Positions 57,310 to 64,000 of a stretch of DNA of 64,000 nt are shown here, piece by piece. Origin of the DNA: Parcubacteria group bacterium GW2011_GWA1_56_13. GTDB taxonomy: Bacteria; Patescibacteriota; Minisyncoccia; Phycocordibacterales; Phycocordibacteraceae. The stretch is taken from the NCBI GenBank assembly GCA_001004905.1, contig LCRY01000002.1, positions 1,559 through 65,558 on the forward strand, given 5' to 3'. The translations under genes and the position numbers were made by a program. Numbering within the stretch: the stretch's first letter is position 1; each line of letters starts with the position of its first letter. The notes below the pieces were generated by a model that made no database searches, had not been told where the DNA came from, and worked only from the letters and a program-made list of their open reading frames with translations.

Positions 57310-59469
57310 ATGGAGGGTAACGGTACGGCTCGCCAGATAGCACGGTGGGTGGCGCTCAGTGCGCTTTTCTTGCTTCCGCTCACGCCGCTTGTCGTCGTGA
57401 ACGGTTTTTTCTTTCCTTTCATTACCGGCAAGGCGTTTTATTTGCGTTCACTAATAGAGATAGCGGTTGCCGCATGGGCGGTCCTTGCGTTCCTTGACAG
57501 GGCATATCGGCCGCGCTTTTCCTGGATCGGTGCGGCGGTCGTCGGCTTCGTTCTCTGGATGTTCGTGGCCGACGCGTTCGCGCTGAATGCGATGAAGGCC
57601 TTCTGGAGCAACTTTGAACGCATGGAGGGATGGGTGCTCCTCATCCACTTGCTCGGATTCTTTTTCGCGGCGAGCGCGGTACTGCGGGTCGAGCGCAAGT
57701 GGCGCGCCTGGTTCCTGACATCGCTCGGCGTTTCGCTTCTCATTTCCGTCTATGCGTTGTTGCAGCTTGCGGGCGTCCTCGCGATACACCAGGGTTCGAC
57801 GCGCATAGACGCATCCCTCGGCAATTCCGCCTATCTCGCCATCTACTTCCTGTTCAGCATTTTCGTCGCCCTCTGGCTCGCGCTCACGGAACAGCGCGCA
57901 TGGCTTAAGTGGTCGCTCATCGCGCTTGCGGTCCTGGAAGGCGTCCTCATCTTCTTTACCGAGACGCGCGGTACGATCATAGGGCTCGTACTCGCGCTCG
58001 CACTCGCGGCGCTTCTCACTGCGGTCACTGCGAGCAGACACATCCGCAGCTATGCCATAGGTGCGCTCGCTCTCATTCTCGTTCTCACCGGCGGTTTTTA
58101 TCTTGCGCGCCATTCATCGTTCGTGCAGAACAACCATGTGTTACAACGAGTTGCTTCCATCTCACTGTCCGACGGCCAAACTCGCTTCACGCTTTGGCGC
58201 ATGGCTTTCGAAGGGGTCAAGGAGCGTCCGCTCCTCGGCTGGGGACAGGAGGGATTCAATCATGTGTTCAACAAATACTACGACCCCTCCCTCTATCAGC
58301 AGGAGCAGTGGTTCGATCGGGCGCACAACACGTTCATCGACTGGCTTTCCGCCGGCGGCGTCCCGGCATTCTTGTTGTATCTTTCGCTCTTCGGTACGGC
58401 CGTCCTGTTGCTCTGGAGAAGCACCGAACTGTCGCGTCCTGAACGCATCGCGCTCACTGCCGCGTTCCTTGGCTACGCCGTTCATAATTTTTTCGTCTTC
58501 GACAACCTTTCCTCGTACCTTTATTTCTTCGCCCTCCTCGCGCTCGTGGATTCGCAGGTCGCGCGGCCCATCACACGACTTGAAACGGCACCCGAAGTTC
58601 CTGCCGCCGACGGCATGGCATATCTGCTGCCCATCGGCGCCGTCGCCGCGCTCACGCTCGTGTGGACCGTAAATATTACCGGTATGCAGACGGCATCCCG
58701 GCTCATTACCGCGCTCTCGTCCTCGAATCTTTCGGATAGCACCGCGATTTTTCAGGATTTCGCCGCGCATCCGACCTTTGCCTCGCAGGAAATCCGCGAA
58801 CAGCTCATCGCGTACGCGGCCGCGGTTGCACAAAGCGCATCGCTGCCGGACGATGCGAAACAGCAAATACTCGCGCTCGCTATACACGAGATGCAAAGAC
58901 AAGTCGTCGCATACCCAATGGATGCGCGTGGGCGTTCCCAACTCGCCTATATCTACCGCGTCGCTGGCGATACCGAGAGCGCTCTAAAGGAGCTCGACGC
59001 CGCCCTCGCTCTTTCTCCAAAAAAGGAACAGTTTCTCGTGGATAAGGGTGTCATTGAGTGGAATACGGGCGACATGCAGGGGGCGCAACGGGATTTCAAT
59101 GCCGCATACGAGCTTGGGCCGCAGTTCTCCGCCCTCGCGGCTTATGCTGCGGCCGGCAACATCGCCGTTGGTGACGTTGCGGTGGGCGATAAGATACTTC
59201 TTGCCGCCTTCGGCACGACGAACCCGACGAACGACATTCTCTCGCTTGCGTATTACCTGAGCAAGAACTGGCCGCGGCTTATCGCGTTCTGGAAGGCGCG
59301 CGCCGCTTCCGCAACGGGTCCCGAACCATGGTTCTCGCTCGCCGCCAGTTACTATGCCGCCGGTGACGCGGCCGGTGCCATAGCAACCTTGAATGCCGCG
59401 GTCGCAAAATACCCAGAGGCCTCTTCCTCCGCAGCAGCCGCGCTCAAACAGATACGAGAAGGAAAATGA
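57310..59469 (+). CDS. O-antigen ligase (Wzy_C) family protein with C-terminal TPR-like region
   Basis: ASLGNSAY, TETRG, RFTLW...ERPLLGWGQE, DRAHN. Confidence 0.82.
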   Translation: MEGNGTARQIARWVALSALFLLPLTPLVVVNGFFFPFITGKAFYLRSLIEIAVAAWAVLAFLDRAYRPRFSWIGAAVVGFVLWMFVADAFALNAMKAFWSNFERMEGWVLLIHLLGFFFAASAVLRVERKWRAWFLTSLGVSLLISVYALLQLAGVLAIHQGSTRIDASLGNSAYLAIYFLFSIFVALWLALTEQRAWLKWSLIALAVLEGVLIFFTETRGTIIGLVLALALAALLTAVTASRHIRSYAIGALALILVLTGGFYLARHSSFVQNNHVLQRVASISLSDGQTRFTLWRMAFEGVKERPLLGWGQEGFNHVFNKYYDPSLYQQEQWFDRAHNTFIDWLSAGGVPAFLLYLSLFGTAVLLLWRSTELSRPERIALTAAFLGYAVHNFFVFDNLSSYLYFFALLALVDSQVARPITRLETAPEVPAADGMAYLLPIGAVAALTLVWTVNITGMQTASRLITALSSSNLSDSTAIFQDFAAHPTFASQEIREQLIAYAAAVAQSASLPDDAKQQILALAIHEMQRQVVAYPMDARGRSQLAYIYRVAGDTESALKELDAALALSPKKEQFLVDKGVIEWNTGDMQGAQRDFNAAYELGPQFSALAAYAAAGNIAVGDVAVGDKILLAAFGTTNPTNDILSLAYYLSKNWPRLIAFWKARAASATGPEPWFSLAASYYAAGDAAGAIATLNAAVAKYPEASSSAAAALKQIREGK

Positions 59470-60479
59470 TCCTACAGGAAAATGTGCTGCTCGCCCCTCT
59501 CACGACATTTCATATCGGCGGGTCGGCGCGCATTTTCATAGCGGCGCGGAGCGAGAAGGATATTGAAGACGCAATAGTGCTCGCTCGCACGCGCGGCCTC
59601 CCGCTCCATGTTCTGGGCGGAGGTAGCAACATACTCGTGCCGGACGCTGGCGTTGACGGCGTCGTTCTTCGCATCCAGCTCGCCGGCGTCGCGTTCCAGA
59701 ATGATGGCGCCGACACACTCCTTGTCGCAGGCGCGGGCGAATTGTGGGATACGGTCGTCGACGCGGTCGGCACACGCGGCATGTTCGGCATCGAGAACCT
59801 CGCCGGTATCCCGGGCACGGTCGGCGGAGCGACCGTGCAGAACATCGGCGCCTACGGCGCGGAGCTTGCCGATGTATTCGAATATGCCGACACGATCGAT
59901 CGTACGACCGGCGTTCATGCGCGTATCGGGAAAAAAGACGCGGCGCTCGCGTACCGCACCAGTTTTTTCAAAAATAATCGGAATTGCATCATCACCGCGG
60001 TCGCGTTGCGTTTTTCGTCGGCCGGCGCGCCGAATATTTCTTACCCCGATCTCGCCCGCGCGCGCTCCGCGGGCGAACCGCTCGCGGCGCCCGCCGATAT
60101 CGCACGCGCGGTGCGCGCTATCCGCGCGAAAAAATTTCCCCGCAATGACGCGGAGGGAACCGCAGGGTCATTTTTCAAGAATCCGGTCGTCTCGCGCGAG
60201 CTCGCGGACTCGCTCCGCGCTCGTTTTCCCGACCTCCCGACTTTTCCGCAGGAGGACGGAAGAGTTAAACTGGCGCTTGCATGGCTTTTGGACCACGCGT
60301 TGTCGCTCAAAGGGTACGCGGGGGGACCAGTGCGCCTCTACGAGAAGCAACCACTCGTCGTTGTTGCGCGCGCGGGCGCGCGTGCGCACGATGTCGAGGC
60401 GCTTGCGCGCCATATTGCGGAGCGCGTGCAGAAAGAACTCGGTATCGGCATCGAGCGTGAAGTGGAACTATTTGGATAA
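59466..60479 (+). CDS. murB: UDP-N-acetylenolpyruvoylglucosamine reductase
   Basis: TTFHIGG, LGGGSN, IPGTVGG...QNIGAYG, YRTSFFK, AGSFFKNP. Confidence 0.95.
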   Translation: MILQENVLLAPLTTFHIGGSARIFIAARSEKDIEDAIVLARTRGLPLHVLGGGSNILVPDAGVDGVVLRIQLAGVAFQNDGADTLLVAGAGELWDTVVDAVGTRGMFGIENLAGIPGTVGGATVQNIGAYGAELADVFEYADTIDRTTGVHARIGKKDAALAYRTSFFKNNRNCIITAVALRFSSAGAPNISYPDLARARSAGEPLAAPADIARAVRAIRAKKFPRNDAEGTAGSFFKNPVVSRELADSLRARFPDLPTFPQEDGRVKLALAWLLDHALSLKGYAGGPVRLYEKQPLVVVARAGARAHDVEALARHIAERVQKELGIGIEREVELFG

Positions 60480-60640
60480 ATTATTTTTCGTACGCTTATC
60501 CCCGACACGCTGAAATGGCATCGCGTATTGTCCCACCATTCACATTTTTAAGCCACATCTCGCCTCTCAGAGCGTCTTGTGCAGATGGAAAAACGTTCGC
60601 GCGCGATGGGCGCAGGACGATGCCATTCAGTATGACGGGG

Positions 60641-60649
60641 TTATCCACA
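60641..60649 (+). promoter_or_regulatory. Perfect DnaA box
   Basis: TTATCCACA in the murB-secA intergenic region. Confidence 0.45.
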
Positions 60650-60778
60650 TGTGGCGCGTCTAAGCGCACAAAAAATTTTCTGACGCGGGATAATGAAATG
60701 CAGAAACGTTTGCGCATGGAACCATTCCGCGCACAGACGGGTCGACATATCAGCCGTAAACCTAATTTCGCAACCACC

Positions 60779-60844
60779 ATGGCAAAAAAGCGTAAGGCCG
60801 CGAAGCGAACGAAGAAGCGCAAGGCTGCAAAGCGACGCCGCTAG
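60779..60844 (+). CDS. 21-aa Lys/Arg-rich peptide MAKKRKAAKRTKKRKAAKRRR
   Basis: Internal 8-aa repeat whose two DNA copies differ only at synonymous positions; followed by a terminator. Confidence 0.72.
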   Translation: MAKKRKAAKRTKKRKAAKRRR

Positions 60845-60851
60845 TTTCGTG

Positions 60852-60890
60852 AAAGAAAAAATCCCGTCTTAACGCGGGATTTTTTTCTTT
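60852..60890. terminator. Intrinsic terminator (potentially bidirectional)
   Basis: AAAGAAAAAATCCCG-tcttaacg-CGGGATTTTTTTCTTT. Confidence 0.85.
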
Positions 60891-60910
60891 TAGACGACAC
60901 GTAGGCGCAG

Positions 60911-60919
60911 TGGTATAAT
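60911..60919 (+). promoter_or_regulatory. Extended -10 promoter of secA
   Basis: TGG-TATAAT 8 nt before ATG 60928; no SD. Confidence 0.65.
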
Positions 60920-60927
60920 CTTTTTCG

Positions 60928-63462
60928 ATGTTGGGACTGTCCAATTTGTTCTCAAAAAATCAATCCGCGGCCTTTTTAAAGGCCGCGGCGCCTATCGTCG
61001 CGGCAACGAACGGGCTTTCCGAGGAGCTCGCCGGGCTTCCGGACGAATCGGTGCGCGCGCGGCTCTCCGAGGTGCGTGTACGTGCGAGAGAAACCGGAGC
61101 AACGCTTGAAACCGATATTCCGCTCGTGTTCGCACTCGTGCGCGAAGCATCCCGCCGGACGTTGCGCCAGCCGCATTTCGACGTCCAGCTCATCGGCGGC
61201 CTCGCTCTGCTTCGCGGAAGGATCGCGGAGATGCGCACCGGTGAAGGCAAGACGCTCGTCGCGACGCTTCCTGCGGTTTTCCACGCGCTTGCCGGCAAAG
61301 GAGTGCAGGTTGTTACGGTGAACGATTATCTCGCGCGCCGCGACGGCGCGTGGATGGGACAGGTCTACAATTTTTGCGGCCTCACGGTCGGGGTCATTAC
61401 GAGCGCGGGTGCCTATCAATACGACGCATCGCACGTGCCGCAAAAGGAAGATACGGAACGCGATGCGGAGGGTTCCTTCAAAGTATTTTATGATTACCTG
61501 CGTCCCGTGACGAAAAAAGAAGCGTACGCTTGCGACGTCACATACGTGACCAACAATGAACTCGGCTTCGATTACCTGCGCGACAACACGGCCTACGACG
61601 CATCGCAGATCGTGCAGCGCGCATATCATTACGCGATCGTGGACGAGGTGGACTCCATTCTGATCGACGAGGCGCGCACGCCGCTCATCATCAGCGGCCC
61701 CTCGGGAGATTCGCAGGATCTCTACGGACGCTTCGCCGATATCGTGCGCAGTTTTGAAGCGGAGAACGATTATACGGTCGACGAGAAGCAGAAGGCGGTC
61801 CAGATAACCGACGCGGGCATGCGCAAAGCGGAGCAGGCGCTCGGCCTGGAGAATCTCTATGCCGAAGGAGGAGTAAAATACGCGCACCACCTGGAAACGG
61901 CGGTACGCGCCAAGGCACTGTTCCATAAAGATAAGGAATATGTGGTGTCCGCCGGAGGCGGGGGCGAAATCGTCATCGTGGACGAGTTCACGGGACGGCT
62001 CCAGCCCGGCCGCCGCTGGTCGGAGGGTCTCCACCAGGCCATCGAGGCCAAAGAAGGGGTAAAAGTGCAGGCGGAAACGCGCACCTACGCGACCGTGACT
62101 TTCCAAAACCTCTTCCGGATGTACGAGCGGCTCGCCGGCATGACAGGTACGGCGCTTTCTTCCGAAGAGGAGTTCTATACCGTGTACGGGCTCGATGTCG
62201 TGGTCGTGCCCACGAACAAACCCTCACAGCGCAAGGACCACGATGACCTCATTTTCCAGACAAGCGTGGGAAAATACCGGGCGGTCGCGCGCGAGGTCAA
62301 AGAGCGGCATCAAAAAGGACAGCCGGTCCTCGTGGGAACCGTCTCCATCGAGGACAACGAGACCGTGAGCTCGTATCTCAAGGATGCGGGCGTACCGCAC
62401 GAAGTGCTGAACGCGAAGAATCACGAACGCGAAGGAGAGATCATCGCCGAGGCGGGCACGGAGGGGCGCGTCACGGTCGCGACGAACCTCGCCGGCCGCG
62501 GCGTTGACATCAAATTGGGCGGCGCACTCGCCACGCCCGACGCGCGCGCCTCGGTCATCGCCAAGGGCGGTCTCATGGTCGTCGGCACCGAGCGGCATGA
62601 CGCGCGCCGCATCGACAACCAGCTGCGCGGCCGCGCCGGCCGCCAGGGCGATCCGGGAGAGACCAGATTTTATGTTTCGCTCGAGGACAAGCTCATGCGC
62701 GTTTTCGCGTCCGAGACGCTGAAGAAGGTGATGGGGCGCTTCGGCATTCCCGAGGACGAGCCGATAGAAAGCGCGATGATAACCAAATCGCTCGAGACCG
62801 CGCAGGGACGCATCGAGGGATTCAATTTCGATTCCCGCAAACAGGTGCTCGCCTACGACGACGTGATGAATACCCAACGCCTCGCAATCTACGCGCGCCG
62901 CCGCGCCGCGCTTACGGGAAGCGACGCGGAAGTGGAGGGGTTGGTGCAAGCGCTTCTCGGCAACGACGAGGCGGCGCGCGCCGCATTTGCAAATAAGAAG
63001 ACCGAATTCGGCGACGCGTTCGTCCCGCATTTGCGACGGCTCGTTCTGCAGGTCACCGACACGTTCTGGCTCGAGCACCTGGAAACCATGGATTACCTGC
63101 GCCGCTCGGTGTCGCTGCGCGCCTACGGCCAACGGGACCCCTTGATAGAGTACCGTCGCGAAGGGCTCGCTCGCTTCCGTCAGCTTGAGGAGAATATCCG
63201 CTCTACGGTCGCCGAGGCCCTGCCGCGCATGATGAACATGGACGATGCGCGCGTCCGGGCGGAAGAGGCGAAAATACGTGCCTCGCTCACCGAAGCGGGT
63301 AAGGAAGAGCAGGGCGCGCAGGCACCGCTCGTGAAAGCGGCCGGGTACGGCAGAAATGATTTCGTTACCATCAAAAAGGGCGGGGAAACCAAAAAACTCA
63401 AGTATAAAAAGGCCGAACCCCTCCTCGCCGAGGGCTGGACCATCGTCCCCGATGCCCCTTAA
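60928..63462 (+). CDS. secA: Preprotein translocase subunit SecA
   Basis: AEMRTGEGKT, VTVNDYLA, IVDEVDSILIDEARTPLIISG, LRGRAGRQGDPG. Confidence 0.97.
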   Translation: MLGLSNLFSKNQSAAFLKAAAPIVAATNGLSEELAGLPDESVRARLSEVRVRARETGATLETDIPLVFALVREASRRTLRQPHFDVQLIGGLALLRGRIAEMRTGEGKTLVATLPAVFHALAGKGVQVVTVNDYLARRDGAWMGQVYNFCGLTVGVITSAGAYQYDASHVPQKEDTERDAEGSFKVFYDYLRPVTKKEAYACDVTYVTNNELGFDYLRDNTAYDASQIVQRAYHYAIVDEVDSILIDEARTPLIISGPSGDSQDLYGRFADIVRSFEAENDYTVDEKQKAVQITDAGMRKAEQALGLENLYAEGGVKYAHHLETAVRAKALFHKDKEYVVSAGGGGEIVIVDEFTGRLQPGRRWSEGLHQAIEAKEGVKVQAETRTYATVTFQNLFRMYERLAGMTGTALSSEEEFYTVYGLDVVVVPTNKPSQRKDHDDLIFQTSVGKYRAVAREVKERHQKGQPVLVGTVSIEDNETVSSYLKDAGVPHEVLNAKNHEREGEIIAEAGTEGRVTVATNLAGRGVDIKLGGALATPDARASVIAKGGLMVVGTERHDARRIDNQLRGRAGRQGDPGETRFYVSLEDKLMRVFASETLKKVMGRFGIPEDEPIESAMITKSLETAQGRIEGFNFDSRKQVLAYDDVMNTQRLAIYARRRAALTGSDAEVEGLVQALLGNDEAARAAFANKKTEFGDAFVPHLRRLVLQVTDTFWLEHLETMDYLRRSVSLRAYGQRDPLIEYRREGLARFRQLEENIRSTVAEALPRMMNMDDARVRAEEAKIRASLTEAGKEEQGAQAPLVKAAGYGRNDFVTIKKGGETKKLKYKKAEPLLAEGWTIVPDAP

Positions 63463-63483
63463 TTGTGCATTTGGGGCATGCCG

Positions 63484-63514
63484 TTCATTTAGGACACGCC
63501 GTGTCCTAAATGAA
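63484..63514. repeat. Perfect palindrome (REP-like) at the transposase 3' end
   Basis: TTCATTTAGGACAC-gcc-GTGTCCTAAATGAA. Confidence 0.8.
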
Positions 63515-63520
63515 TATAAC

Positions 63521-64000
63521 CTAGAGGACTTCAAGATTACTACTCGCCTGTGCGAGCTCTGGTGCTGAGATAATTGACCTTATTTCCGCGTCTTGTTCCT
63601 TATTCGTACCAAGCATATGGCGCAGGTCGGAAGTGTGAAGGATGGAAGGAAAATTTCGTATTCCGTTGTAGTCAAGATAACTACTCCAACGATATTTATG
63701 CAGATATTCGAGAGCATTTTTGTGATCGTGTAGGGTGCCCAAGCGCCATTGTGTATGTGTCAGATCCAAAGGATTGAGATGAATGTAGTAGGGGATATAT
63801 CTGAAATGAGAATCTCGCTCTATCAAGACCTTTCTAAATGTTCCTTGCCACAATACGCCCGTACGTCCGTATTTTTCATTGAAATATTTTGCATAGCCCA
63901 TATTGAGTTTTCGCATAAAAAGAGACAAGGACCCATCCCGTACTGGGGAGGCAAGAATGTGGTAGTGATTTGGCATAAGACAGAACGCGTGTATGCGGAC
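63521..64000 (-). mobile_element. REP-associated tyrosine (HUH/Y1) transposase, 5'-truncated by the window edge
   Basis: HAFCLMPNHYHIL (HUH), YAKYFNEKYGR.G.LWQG.F, YIHLNP, YRWSSY. Confidence 0.88.

Noticed and set aside
60515-60844. 109-aa ORF from the track
   Set aside because: Only the last 21 codons (from ATG 60779) show coding signal. The upstream part is intergenic and contains a DnaA box and hairpins.
62224-63534. 436-aa minus-strand ORF, and similar long antisense ORFs (4153-5307, 14472-15575, 36080-37090, 39004-40065, 60976-62106)
   Set aside because: Shadow frames of well-supported plus-strand genes in GC-rich DNA, with no recognisable motifs.
1-64000. CRISPR array, tRNA or rRNA genes, alternative genetic code
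   Set aside because: No regularly spaced repeats or recognisable RNA genes were seen. TGA terminates many genes in ATGA overlaps, so the standard code applies.

Overview
Bacterial chromosomal segment using the standard genetic code (TGA acts as a stop). Gene style and content point to a Patescibacteria/CPR (Parcubacteria-like) genome; this is inference, not a database result. Housekeeping genes flank the window: murD-murC-rsmI and a VirB4/HerA-like ATPase with comEA on the left, murB and secA on the right, and a truncated HUH (RAYT-type) transposase at the right edge. Between them is a ~53 kb, almost entirely co-directional surface-glycan locus (6771-59469) of about 50 genes. It encodes 6 GT4, 2 GT2, a GT47/exostosin, 2 GT-C-like proteins, 2 GtrA, 8 SAM-methyltransferase domains, gmd, a pseudaminic-acid-like pathway (pseB, pseC, SpsF/PseF, a divergent NeuB) with no recognisable PseG or PseH, an AcpS-FkbH-ACP-MaoC-SDR-AAC(3)-DUF4910 acyl module, 3 ATP-grasp proteins, a split transketolase, an ABC flippase and an O-antigen-ligase/TPR protein. 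A second layer is visible in the DNA itself. Tiny palindromic elements sit in frame inside housekeeping genes, and one 31-bp insertion frameshifts the ATPase. A 147-bp MITE-like element sits in a promoter -10 box. Many genes have leaderless-type promoters. An uncalled 21-aa Lys/Arg-rich gene with its own terminator lies upstream of secA.
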